Source: Thainema sp.
GTDB taxonomy: Bacteria > Cyanobacteriota > Cyanobacteriia > Phormidesmidales > Phormidesmidaceae
Direction of reading: 5' to 3'
Length of the DNA stretch: 22,696 bases
Assembly: GCA_052168235.1 (NCBI GenBank)
Contig: JBQLZK010000088.1
Location: 1-22,696 of the forward strand
Below, piece after piece: positions 7,828-16,685 of this stretch. A program made the translations under genes and the position numbers. The notes below the pieces were generated by a model. The model worked only from the letters and a program-made list of their open reading frames with translations. It ran no database searches and was not told the origin of the DNA. The stretch's first letter is position 1. Each line of letters opens with the position of its first letter.

Positions 7828-10206
7828 TTAAGTAACCTGCTGCTGTTGTAATAAGGCTGAAGCTGCGCTGCTATCTAATGGCGGGGCAAAATAGTAGCCT
7901 TGGCCAAACTTACACTGGATCGACTGTAAGTAGGAAAGCTGCCGTGGCGTTTCAACTCCTTCGGCAACGACATCTAGGTCTAAATTGAGCGCAAGATTGA
8001 CAATTGCTTTGACAATCTCCAATTTTTCTACGTCACTTTCCAACAGCGTAATAAACGATCGATCAACTTTGAGAACATCAATTGGAAAGCGATGTAGATA
8101 GCTCAGTGACGAATAACCTGTACCAAAATCATCTAGACAAACATCAATTTTCCTCGTGCGGATTTGATCGAGAATGCTGGCAGCAACCTCTGCATTTTCA
8201 ATTAGAGTACTTTCGGTAATCTCAACTTTCAATTGAGATCCCGCAATATCAAATTCGCTCAGAACCTGATCAATTTGCGAGATTAATTTAGGATTGGAAA
8301 ACTGCTTACCCGACAGATTAATATTAATCGCTAGCGGAACTGACAGCTCGAATTCTTGTTGCCAAAGGCGGAGCTGACGGCAAGATTCTTGCAGCACCCA
8401 CAAGTCAATATACGTAACTAACCCGATGTCTTCTGCGACCGGGATAAATTCATCGGGTGGGATCATGCCGCGCTCAGGATGCTGCCAGCGAACAAGCGCT
8501 TCAAATCCAGTAATACGTCCTGTTTCCAAAGAGATAATCGGTTGGTAATAAACGCGCAGTTCTTGACGCTCAATGGCCCGCTGTAGATCACTCTCCAACT
8601 GAAGCTGGTTGAGGGCATGGCCATGCATAGAGACATCAAATATTGCATACTGCCCCCGGTTTCGTCTTTTCGCACGATACATGGCGATATCAGCATCGCG
8701 CAGAAGCTGATCAGGGTTCGTGTAGTGTTCTGCACTCAGGGCAATACCAATACTAGAAGTAATAAAAATCTCGTGCCCATCCAGCACAATCGGAGCTTTT
8801 AAAACCGTATGAATGCGGTGGGCGGCTTCAATAGCATCAGTGGCCGACTGGATATCTTCTAACAGCACCACAAACTCATCGCCGCCCAAGCGCGCAACGG
8901 TATCACCGATACGCAGACAAGACTGTAGCTGCTGAGCCACCGTCTTCAATAGCCGATCACCAACAGAATGCCCCAAACTGTCGTTAATCACCTTAAAACG
9001 GTCTAGATCAAGAAATAGCACCGCGAACTGTAAGCAATCCGTTATTGGCTGACGAAGCGACCGTCGCCGCATCAGATGCAGCGCATGTTCCAAGCGACTC
9101 ATGAGTAACGTTCGATTGGGCAGTCCGGTCAGGGCATCGTGAAAGGCATCGTGGCGCAGTTGGGCTTCAATCCGCTGCCGCTCAGCCAGTTCAGTTTGAG
9201 CCTGCTGATAGAGCTTTGCTTGATGAATTGCGATCGCACATTGATCGGCTATCGCTTTGACCAACGCCACTTCATCATCTGTCCAATGGCGTTGACGGTC
9301 ACACTGCTGTAGGCAAATGCCGCCCAAATAGGTTTGCTGATACAGCAGAGACACAATGATGGTCGAACGGACACTGTAGGAGAGTGAGATCGCTTGAATC
9401 GAAGGCGGAATCTCGCCACAGTAAATGTCATGAATGACAACTGGCTGGTCGGTATTCAATGCGTTGCGATAATGCTCATACAGCGCACAGGTATTCCCTA
9501 GTAGCGACTCACGATCGTCACTGAGATAACTCAAATACCCGATGATTGAGGGAGCGGATAGCTCAATATTAGGCTGAAAAATGCCGCACCGATTGACTTG
9601 CAGCACTTCATGCAATTGATCAACCGTTGTTTGCAGCACCTCTTCTAGCAGCAAGGTTTGCCGCATGGCCTGCACAATGCGATTGACAATGGCTTCTCGC
9701 TTGGCCTGCTGCTCAATTTGTGCGATCGCAGCTTTTTGTTGACGACGCAGCTCAAATTCTTGGAGCGCTCGCTTCAGCACTGTTGGCAACCGAAACAGCC
9801 GATCCTTGAGCACATAGTCGGTCATGCCTGCCTTAATACATTCAACGGCAGCCTCTTCGCCCAAGCTGCCCGTTACCAAAATAAATGGAATATCCTGCCT
9901 AGATGCCTTCAACAGCTCAAACACCTGCAGCCCGTTCAGATTCGGTAACCGATAATCGGACAGCACCACATCATAGGTTTGCGTAGACAAAAGCGTCTGA
10001 CACTGGCTGGCAACAGTCGTAGCATCGTATGTAAACGATATCTGCGCGGCTTCTAGCGTCAGCACAATGAGTTCAATATCTTCAGGAACATCCTCGATAA
10101 TTAGCACGTTGAGTGGAGAGGGCAAGGCTTCCTGTACTGTCACGCCTTGTACTGCTTGTACTGAGGGTTGAACGAGGCTGTTACTCGGCGCATCTCCACT
10201 CATCAT
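7828..10206 (-). CDS. REC-GAF-GGDEF-EAL diguanylate cyclase/phosphodiesterase
   Basis: Receiver domain (LIIED...LSDYRLP...TG...YVLK), GAF (RQTLLLEEVLQTTV...QCAIAIHQAKLY), HDALTGLPNR, intact RLGGDEF, FEALVRW and DDFGTGYSS. Confidence 0.93.
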   Translation of the reverse strand: MMSGDAPSNSLVQPSVQAVQGVTVQEALPSPLNVLIIEDVPEDIELIVLTLEAAQISFTYDATTVASQCQTLLSTQTYDVVLSDYRLPNLNGLQVFELLKASRQDIPFILVTGSLGEEAAVECIKAGMTDYVLKDRLFRLPTVLKRALQEFELRRQQKAAIAQIEQQAKREAIVNRIVQAMRQTLLLEEVLQTTVDQLHEVLQVNRCGIFQPNIELSAPSIIGYLSYLSDDRESLLGNTCALYEHYRNALNTDQPVVIHDIYCGEIPPSIQAISLSYSVRSTIIVSLLYQQTYLGGICLQQCDRQRHWTDDEVALVKAIADQCAIAIHQAKLYQQAQTELAERQRIEAQLRHDAFHDALTGLPNRTLLMSRLEHALHLMRRRSLRQPITDCLQFAVLFLDLDRFKVINDSLGHSVGDRLLKTVAQQLQSCLRIGDTVARLGGDEFVVLLEDIQSATDAIEAAHRIHTVLKAPIVLDGHEIFITSSIGIALSAEHYTNPDQLLRDADIAMYRAKRRNRGQYAIFDVSMHGHALNQLQLESDLQRAIERQELRVYYQPIISLETGRITGFEALVRWQHPERGMIPPDEFIPVAEDIGLVTYIDLWVLQESCRQLRLWQQEFELSVPLAININLSGKQFSNPKLISQIDQVLSEFDIAGSQLKVEITESTLIENAEVAASILDQIRTRKIDVCLDDFGTGYSSLSYLHRFPIDVLKVDRSFITLLESDVEKLEIVKAIVNLALNLDLDVVAEGVETPRQLSYLQSIQCKFGQGYYFAPPLDSSAASALLQQQQVT

Positions 10207-10332
10207 GGATGGTTCCGTTTTATCCTGCCGCCAATTTTTACATCTTAAATCATTCAGCTAGTACCAAACTGAATGTAAACTTCATGTCTTATAGCTCATT
10301 ATTGAGTTGTGTTCCAAGCCCCTAAGAGGGTA

Positions 10333-10397
10333 ATTTTGTCGTCACAAATTTTCGCCACCCTTTGCCGCCACCCTTTGTTGTAACAAATTGTCGCCAC
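10333..10397. repeat. Degenerate 13-bp tandem array, 5 units
   Basis: ATTTTGTCGTCAC AAATTTTCGCCAC CCTTTGCCGCCAC CCTTTGTTGTAAC AAATTGTCGCCAC. Confidence 0.75.
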
Positions 10398-10442
10398 AAT
10401 AGAGCAGCCACACGATCCCTCTGGATACAAGGCAAACGCGAG

Positions 10443-10883
10443 TTAGAGTCGGGGCGTTTGATTGATCTGCATCCAATAGAGGCCAACCTGTTGAGACACC
10501 TCCTGAAATCGCTGAAAATCGAGTGGCTTAATCACGTAACTATTGACACCCAGTTCGTAACAGGCTTCGATATCCTGATTTTCGGCTGAAGAGGTCATGA
10601 CAACAACGACAAGGTTTTGGGTGCGGGGATGTTGGCGAATCGCTTCTAAAACCTGAATGCCGTCAACTTTGGGTAGCTTCAAATCCAGCAAAATCATCCG
10701 AGGCAGCGGACGGGATGGGGCAACATCGCCATTTTGACCAAACAGGTACAGCAAGGCTTGCTCTCCATCTTCCGCAACATCCATTTGATTAATGAAGGGA
10801 TAATCCTCAAGTGCTAAGCGGATCAGCTCAACATCGTTCGGATCATCTTCGACGACTAACAGACGGGACGGACTAATGACCAT
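10443..10883 (-). CDS. Single-domain response regulator, Rcp-like (phytochrome-partner type)
   Basis: LLVVEDD, ILLDLKLPKVDG, MTSS, GVNSYVIKP and the Rcp-type C-terminal YWxxIN..P. ATG at 10883; the start may be slightly upstream. Confidence 0.88.
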   Translation of the reverse strand: MVISPSRLLVVEDDPNDVELIRLALEDYPFINQMDVAEDGEQALLYLFGQNGDVAPSRPLPRMILLDLKLPKVDGIQVLEAIRQHPRTQNLVVVVMTSSAENQDIEACYELGVNSYVIKPLDFQRFQEVSQQVGLYWMQINQTPRL

Positions 10884-11057
10884 GTTTAAGACCATATGGA
10901 TGAGATAAATTACCTGCACAACGCAGCACCCATTGTCTTATTTATAACATAAAGATCAGTGTATACACGTAAATTATCTGGCAAACGTTTAAACTTGCTA
11001 ATCTGCGATCGCACCTGACAACGCCTATATCCCTCTAATCTGGCCAATCAAATCAAT

Positions 11058-11474
11058 TCAAGATGGAATACTATAAGGCACAACGTTCTCCTGCTCATTG
11101 GGATCGTTGCGGGCGACAATGGCGCGAGCGGGGTCAGTTTGGCTGAGATTTCTGGCTGTATGCGGCACACCCGGCGGAATGTAAAGGAAATCTCCGGCCC
11201 GATTGATGCTCGACTTTTCCAACTCTTTGCCATAGCGGGTTTCGACTTCACCCTCTAGCACGTAAATTCCCGTTTCAAAGCCCTGATGAAAGTGGGGTGC
11301 AGCGGTTGCTCCAGGCGGAATCACAACCAAGTGCATCGACAGTCCAGTGGTACCTGCAGTTGAGCCGGAAATGCCTAGAAAGTAGGGCAGCCGCTGACGG
11401 GTCATCACTTCAGCTTCAGGGCGAATGGTAACAAGTTCAGCATCAGAGATGAGATGAGGATTGGATGGATGCAT
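11058..11474 (-). CDS. Cupin domain protein
   Basis: Cupin motifs IPPG...PHFHQGFETGIYVLEG and GDFLYIPPGVPH. ATG at 11474 preferred. Confidence 0.88.
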   Translation of the reverse strand: MHPSNPHLISDAELVTIRPEAEVMTRQRLPYFLGISGSTAGTTGLSMHLVVIPPGATAAPHFHQGFETGIYVLEGEVETRYGKELEKSSINRAGDFLYIPPGVPHTARNLSQTDPARAIVARNDPNEQENVVPYSIPS

Positions 11475-11519
11475 GGAAGCCCTTCTTTTGGTAATTACCA
11501 ATAGTTGTAGTGCAATTGG

Positions 11520-11546
11520 GTGGAGGCGAATGGCCATTCGCCCCAC
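11520..11546. repeat. REP-like palindrome
   Basis: Perfect 18-bp palindrome GGCGAATGGCCATTCGCC (11525-11542) within GTGG...CCAC, between the ABC and cupin genes. Confidence 0.6.
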
Positions 11547-11572
11547 ATCATTGTTTATTGAGGCGAGAGCTT

Positions 11573-13441
11573 TTAAACGCGGGTCTGTTTGTGCAAACCC
11601 ATTTGAACTTGCCAGAGACCAGCGTAGATACCCTGTTTCTCTAGCAGCAGCTCGTGGGTGCCCTGTTCGACAATTTCGCCGTATTCCATGACGTAAATGC
11701 GGTCGGCGTTGCGAATCGTGGAGAGGCGATGTGCGATCGCAATTGTGGTGCGATGCTGCGTAATCTTATCTAATGACCGCTGAATAGCCGCTTCGGTTTC
11801 GTTATCAACCGCAGACGTGGCCTCGTCCAGAATCAGGATTGGTGGATCTTTGAGCAGGGCACGAGCAATGGCCAAACGCTGTCGCTGACCACCGGAGAGC
11901 TTTTGGCCCCGTTCCCCGACAATCGTGTCGTAGCCATTGGGCAACTGCTCGATAAAATCATGGGCTTCCGCCATCTTGGCGGCCTGTATGAGGTCTTCTA
12001 GGGGAGCATTAAAACTGCCATAGCGAATATTGTCAGCGACCGTGCCGTGGAAGAGAAAGACATCCTGGCTGACCAAACCAATAGAGCGGCGCAGATCGTC
12101 CAGATGAATGTCTGAAAGCTCCAGCCCGTCCAGGGTGATGCTGCCAGACTGAATCTCATACAGGCGCAGCAAAAGCTTCACCAGCGTACTCTTGCCCGAC
12201 CCAGTGGAGCCAACCACGGCAATGGTTTGCCCAGCAGGGATACTGAGCGACAGATGCTTGATCACAGGTGCGCCCGCATCGTAGGCAAACGTGACATCGC
12301 GCAGCTGAATTTCACCTTTCACATCCGCCAGCGGCAAAGCTCTGTTGCCCGGATGAATGGCAAACGGCGTATCCAGCAGATTCATAATTCGGTTGGTAGA
12401 CGCCATCGCTCGCTGATACTGGTCTAACGTTTCGCCCAGTCGCGTCAGCGGCCAGAGTAAACGCTGAGTGAGGAACACCAATACGCTATACGTACCGACC
12501 GACAGATTGCCACGAGTCGCTTCCAGACCGCCATAGAGCAGCGTAGCTGTGAAGCCTACTAAAATGACAAGTCGAATCAGTGGGACAAAGGCCGCGCTAA
12601 GTGCGATCGCACGTCGATTACTTTTGCGATAGGCATTGCTCTCATCGCGAATTCGGGCAATTTCATAGTTTTCAGCCGTGTAGCTTTTGATGGTGGTGAT
12701 ACCCGCCAAGTTATTGGCAAGCTGGCTGTTGAGCAAACCCACCCGCTCGCGCACATCGGCATAGCGGGGAGCCAGCTTTTTCTGGAATGCAATCGAACCC
12801 CAGAAGATAAACGGCATCGGCAACATGGCCATCCAGGCGACACTAGGAGCCAGCTTAAAAAAGGCGGCACCGATAATGATCACCGTTGTCGTCACCTGCA
12901 AGATGTCGTTGGCACCCCGATCCAGAAACCGCTCTAACTGGTTGACATCGTCGTTCAGCACCGCCATCAGGCTGCCCGTACTGCGGGATTCAAAGTAGGA
13001 CAAATCCAGGTCTTGCAAGTGGCTATAGGCATCCAGTCGCAGGTCGTGCTGCATCGTCTGGGCCAGATTGCGCCACAGCCACTCGTAGGCATACTGAAAC
13101 ACTGATTCCAGCCCCCAAACAATCAGAGTCAGGATCGACAGAATCATCAATTGGCTGAAGACATCGGTGACGCCCCAGCGAGCAATAATCGAATCCTGCT
13201 GCTGCACCACCACATCCACGGCCACACCAATTAGCACGGGGGGAGCTAGGTCAAAAATCTTGTTCAACACCGAACAGAGGCTGGCCAGCCCCATCCAGCG
13301 GCGATAGGAGCGCCCGTAGTACATGAGCCGCTTTAGCGGATGCGCTGATGAGGGCAGCGGTTTATAGTTGCGCTGTTGCGATCGCACTCGGATTTGCGCG
13401 GCACTCGCGGCGGCACGATGACCATTCCCTGAAATTTTCAT
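11573..13441 (-). CDS. ABC exporter, fused permease/ATPase (ABCB/MsbA-like)
   Basis: Multi-TM membrane domain, Walker A GSTGSGKS, signature LSGGQRQR, Walker [13 protein letters not shown] and H-loop IAHRLST. Exact start uncertain. Confidence 0.93.
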   Translation of the reverse strand: MKISGNGHRAAASAAQIRVRSQQRNYKPLPSSAHPLKRLMYYGRSYRRWMGLASLCSVLNKIFDLAPPVLIGVAVDVVVQQQDSIIARWGVTDVFSQLMILSILTLIVWGLESVFQYAYEWLWRNLAQTMQHDLRLDAYSHLQDLDLSYFESRSTGSLMAVLNDDVNQLERFLDRGANDILQVTTTVIIIGAAFFKLAPSVAWMAMLPMPFIFWGSIAFQKKLAPRYADVRERVGLLNSQLANNLAGITTIKSYTAENYEIARIRDESNAYRKSNRRAIALSAAFVPLIRLVILVGFTATLLYGGLEATRGNLSVGTYSVLVFLTQRLLWPLTRLGETLDQYQRAMASTNRIMNLLDTPFAIHPGNRALPLADVKGEIQLRDVTFAYDAGAPVIKHLSLSIPAGQTIAVVGSTGSGKSTLVKLLLRLYEIQSGSITLDGLELSDIHLDDLRRSIGLVSQDVFLFHGTVADNIRYGSFNAPLEDLIQAAKMAEAHDFIEQLPNGYDTIVGERGQKLSGGQRQRLAIARALLKDPPILILDEATSAVDNETEAAIQRSLDKITQHRTTIAIAHRLSTIRNADRIYVMEYGEIVEQGTHELLLEKQGIYAGLWQVQMGLHKQTRV

Positions 13442-13454
13442 GCTTCAACGCCAT

Positions 13455-13553
13455 CAAAAGGTGCAAAGTGTGCTTGAGCTGTTGTTTGTGTTGGATAGAG
13501 GCTGCACTCTTTCCCAATACAAACAGCATGTTTGAATCACCAAAAGGTGCAAA
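13455..13553. repeat. 13-bp direct repeats (CAAAAGGTGCAAA) enclosing an imperfect hairpin
   Basis: Identical 13-mers at 13455-13467 and 13541-13553; stem 13481-13494 / 13514-13527. Confidence 0.75.
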
Positions 13554-13595
13554 CATCTATACTGCCATATATCTTTTACCCACCCTACCCACGCG

Positions 13596-14078
13596 ATGGA
13601 ACTCAAGTTACGCCCTGCCACTGCTACTGACTATCCTGCTGTTTGCCATCTGTTTGCCGATGCTGATGAGCTGTTCTTGGTTTGCCCCCGCAGCAAGTTT
13701 CCGCTGACGGTTGAGCAGATGCAGCAGATTGAATGTGAGCGGCATGACCTAACGGTGGCAGAGCATGAGAATACCGTCGTTGGGTTTGCCAATCTCTATA
13801 ACGTTGTGCCAGGAGAGCGGGCATTCATTGGCAATGTGATTATCCATCGCGACTATCGCGGACGCGGCTGGGGTAAGCAATTGCTGCAATACATGATGGC
13901 GCGAGTCGCCGAACACCATCAGCTCCCGCAAATCCATATTTCGGTGATGAATTCCAATACGCCTGCGCTGTTGCTCTATGCCCGATTGGGGTTTCAGCCC
14001 TATGCAATGGATCTGGCCCAAACGCCAAAAGGGAACTGGGTCGGCGTGCTGCATTTGAGACAAGAGGTTACTCGCTAA
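13596..14078 (+). CDS. GNAT family N-acetyltransferase
   Basis: Motif A (IIHRDYRGRGWGKQLL) and motif B (NTPALLLYARLGF). Confidence 0.9.
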   Translation: MELKLRPATATDYPAVCHLFADADELFLVCPRSKFPLTVEQMQQIECERHDLTVAEHENTVVGFANLYNVVPGERAFIGNVIIHRDYRGRGWGKQLLQYMMARVAEHHQLPQIHISVMNSNTPALLLYARLGFQPYAMDLAQTPKGNWVGVLHLRQEVTR

Positions 14079-14116
14079 AATAAAGCCAATCCAACTAACT
14101 CTAATGGCAAACCACA

Positions 14117-14269
14117 ATGATTGCCGTTCCACACTACATCAGCCCACGCCACCGTACATCCGAAAACACCTGGGAAGTCGTCGTCTATAAGGCAGATGAT
14201 TTGATTTGACTAAAAAGCATTGCTCTGAACTTTGCGATCGCTGAACTGTATCGCGATTTAGACAATTAG
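14117..14269 (+). pseudogene. Collapsed Uma2 (DUF820) family endonuclease remnant
   Basis: One frame reads MIAVPHYISP-RHRTSENTWEVVVYKADDLI*LKSIALNFAIAELYRDLDN*. This resembles a Uma2 N-terminus joined directly to a Uma2 C-terminus with the core missing, and has an in-frame TGA at 14207-14209. Family recognised by eye. Confidence 0.65.
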
Positions 14270-14309
14270 CTTTTGCAGGTCAGATTGGCGACACATACTC
14301 CATGCTGAT

Positions 14310-14338
14310 GTTGGGTTTCATGCTTCAACCTAACCTAC
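14310..14338 (-). repeat. GTAG-type REP-like element
   Basis: Minus strand GTAG-GTTAGGTTGAAGCATGAAACCCAAC: a GTAG tag followed by an imperfect palindrome. Confidence 0.6.
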
Positions 14339-14469
14339 TAGATCTGAGATCGCGCTGTATAGCGGTTTAAACAAATAGTTTTTTAAGAGTGAACGTCTGA
14401 CAAGAATCAAGTCTAAAAGATACCATTTAAGTTGAATTCACATATATATCGAGAATCAAGCTTACCGCC

Positions 14470-15855
14470 ATGGGTTCCGACGAAAGAAGCAGTGGGATAA
14501 TAAACTTCCCCCAATATTCAAGCAATCAAAGGCGTGGGAAAAAAGGAGTTCGTATAGTCGATGGAATTATCAGTGACGACCTAGACTGGATTTTTGTACC
14601 TATTCCTCAGGACTCTGATATAGGAATTGATGCCCATATTGAGGTGTTAACAGAAGGTACAGCACATGGAACTGGAAGGTTAATAGCTGCACAAATCAAA
14701 TGTGGTTCCTCATGGCTTGAAGAAAAAAACTCAGAAGGATATGTTTTTAGAGGAGAATTAAAACATCTTGACTACTATCTAAATTATTCTTTGCCAGTCC
14801 TCATCATTCTCTGCGATCCGAGTTCTAAAGAATGTTGGTGGTCTAGAGTTTCACCTACTGCTATTGAACGAACTCAGAAAGCCTGGAAAATTACAGTTCC
14901 GTTTAAGCAAAAGCTTGATAAAAATTGTCTTGATCAACTAGTTGATATTTCAAAAGCAGGGCAAATTGGGCATGACGCTTTCTTCTGGTGGAGCCCGTAT
15001 AAAATTGCTTGGCATCATGGTATAGAAATGGTAATTTTACCTATTCATCCAGAACAGGGGAAAGCTTTGTGTATGAGCAGCAATTTAATTACGAATGCTC
15101 AATATAAAGGATTAGTAGAAGAAGAATGGGTTGGGGAGCCAATAGGAAATTGCTATTCAGGTGAATTACTAATAGGGCCCTATTGGTCTAAGTTGTTTTC
15201 TCCTTGGGAAGATCCAAGATTTCAAGATCCGTATAAACCAGTTGTTTGTGTTTCTTATTGGAATGCTTCGCTCTACTGCGATTGGTTACATGAAAAGTAC
15301 GGGTGCTACGTAAAGCTGCCAACGCCTAGATTATGGGATTTTGCAGCATTCGGTACAGAATTTCCACACTATAATCCCAACGATTTTCTAAAATCAAGCT
15401 GTAAAATCCATCATCAAACAGATTGCCCTGCTGTGATTGATTTCAAGGGAGAGCGAACAAATCCCTGGGGAATAGCTGATTTACTAGGTAATGTTTGGGA
15501 GTGGTGTGCTCTTGATGATGAAGGTTTTATTGGAAGAGGTGCTAATCGCAATGTTCATCGACATCGTTACAGTGGTTCCTGTGATAAGAATCCTCAACTT
15601 AAGGGAGGAAGTTTCTTAGAAGATTTAGCATCTATAGTACCTTCAATGGCTTCAGCTCAATTAGCTGAAGGTAGTAGTACCCGTCAATTCGATATTGGCT
15701 TTCGCATAACTACGGAGGTTTCAGTATCTAGCTTACCAACCGATGTTCAAAACAAATTAAAGCTATGCAAGCGACTCTTACCCCGTAATCGAGCGTACAA
15801 AAATCCATCTCTTTATCCATCTGACTTTAAATTGAAAGATCTCAGAAAACTGTAA
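14470..15855 (+). CDS. DUF4365-like PD-(D/E)xK nuclease domain fused to an FGE-sulfatase (SUMF1/EgtB/PvdO-fold) domain
   Basis: N-terminal domain: DIGIDAHIE...LIAAQIKCG...HLDYY...LPVLIIL...WW. C-terminal domain: ITNAQY, PVVCVSYWNASLYCDWL, LPT..WDFAA, NPWGIADLLGNVWEW, KGGSF and IGFR. AT-rich relative to its neighbours. Confidence 0.8.
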   Translation: MGSDERSSGIINFPQYSSNQRRGKKGVRIVDGIISDDLDWIFVPIPQDSDIGIDAHIEVLTEGTAHGTGRLIAAQIKCGSSWLEEKNSEGYVFRGELKHLDYYLNYSLPVLIILCDPSSKECWWSRVSPTAIERTQKAWKITVPFKQKLDKNCLDQLVDISKAGQIGHDAFFWWSPYKIAWHHGIEMVILPIHPEQGKALCMSSNLITNAQYKGLVEEEWVGEPIGNCYSGELLIGPYWSKLFSPWEDPRFQDPYKPVVCVSYWNASLYCDWLHEKYGCYVKLPTPRLWDFAAFGTEFPHYNPNDFLKSSCKIHHQTDCPAVIDFKGERTNPWGIADLLGNVWEWCALDDEGFIGRGANRNVHRHRYSGSCDKNPQLKGGSFLEDLASIVPSMASAQLAEGSSTRQFDIGFRITTEVSVSSLPTDVQNKLKLCKRLLPRNRAYKNPSLYPSDFKLKDLRKL

Positions 15856-15980
15856 GACACTAAAGATATGGCGATCTCAACTCTTCCAAAACTCACTGAC
15901 AACGATCACAGAAAATCTAACGGCTGACGCTTCACCAACGATCGCATCTCCCGCTTTAGAGCGATCGCACCTAGCAATAA

Positions 15981-16586
15981 TCAACGAAACATTTGCACTG
16001 CATAGGCTTTGCCGGAATCAACGTAGATGCCATAGCCGAAGTGCGTGTATTCAGGTCGAAGCAAGTTTTCGCGGTGTCCGTCGCTGTACATCCAGCCTTT
16101 TTGAAACTCTTCTGCTAAGCCATAGGTGCGATTAATACCCAGGTTGAACCAGAAGTAGGCAATGTTTTCTCCGGCTCCGGTTTCGCCACCCACTGCAACG
16201 TATCGATCCGTGGGCGTTTTCCCTTCTGGGGAAACGTGATCGAAAAAGTCGCGCTTGAGCATGTCTTCAGCATGTCCCTGAGCGGCTTTTGACAAGAGCG
16301 GGTCTTCAACGAGAGCAGGCAAACCGTTCAAAGTGCGATCGCGATTGGCCAACTCCAGTGCAAATTGCTTCAGTTCATCTTGCGATCGCGTTTGATGCGC
16401 TGTCCACACCGTCACGGTTGGCTCGCCGATGCGCCAGTCGGCCTCACCACTGCCATTGGAGAAATAGAACAGCTCCCTGGAGTCCACCAAAGCAGCCAGT
16501 AGGAAAACTGAAGTAATCAGCCCGATCGCCCATTTTTGAGGCAACAGATAGCCAGTCTTCGCTCTCGCCCGATGTCGTCGAACCAT
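15981..16586 (-). CDS. CAP (SCP/Tpx/PR-1) domain protein
   Basis: N-terminal hydrophobic helix, LELANRDR, AAQGHAEDM...FFDH, GENIA, WMYSDGHRENLL and YAVQMF. Confidence 0.9.
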   Translation of the reverse strand: MVRRHRARAKTGYLLPQKWAIGLITSVFLLAALVDSRELFYFSNGSGEADWRIGEPTVTVWTAHQTRSQDELKQFALELANRDRTLNGLPALVEDPLLSKAAQGHAEDMLKRDFFDHVSPEGKTPTDRYVAVGGETGAGENIAYFWFNLGINRTYGLAEEFQKGWMYSDGHRENLLRPEYTHFGYGIYVDSGKAYAVQMFR

Positions 16587-16644
16587 ATAGGTATGAACTC
16601 AGCGCAACTTTACTAGGATTCCCGTTTTTGCTTAGGTATGGAGT

Positions 16645-16685
16645 GGTGCGCTACGTTTCGCTGCGCTGCACTAACGGCACCCTAC
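16645..16685 (-). repeat. GTAG-type REP-like element overlapping the rlmN stop codon
   Basis: Minus strand GTAG-GGTGCCGTTAG...CGTAGCGCACC; the TAG of GTAG is the rlmN stop. Confidence 0.65.

Noticed and set aside
13455..13553. Integron attC site or c-di-GMP-I riboswitch
   Set aside because: Lacks RYYYAAC/GTTRRRY ends, no integrase is present, and it does not show the two-hairpin GNRA/receptor layout of the c-di-GMP-I riboswitch.
15022..15710. True formylglycine-generating enzyme
   Set aside because: The catalytic Cys pair after the GGS motif is absent, and there is no neighbouring sulfatase gene.
14470..15980. Complete diversity-generating retroelement
   Set aside because: No reverse transcriptase, Avd or template repeat was found in the window, and there is no clear hairpin after the GFR motif.
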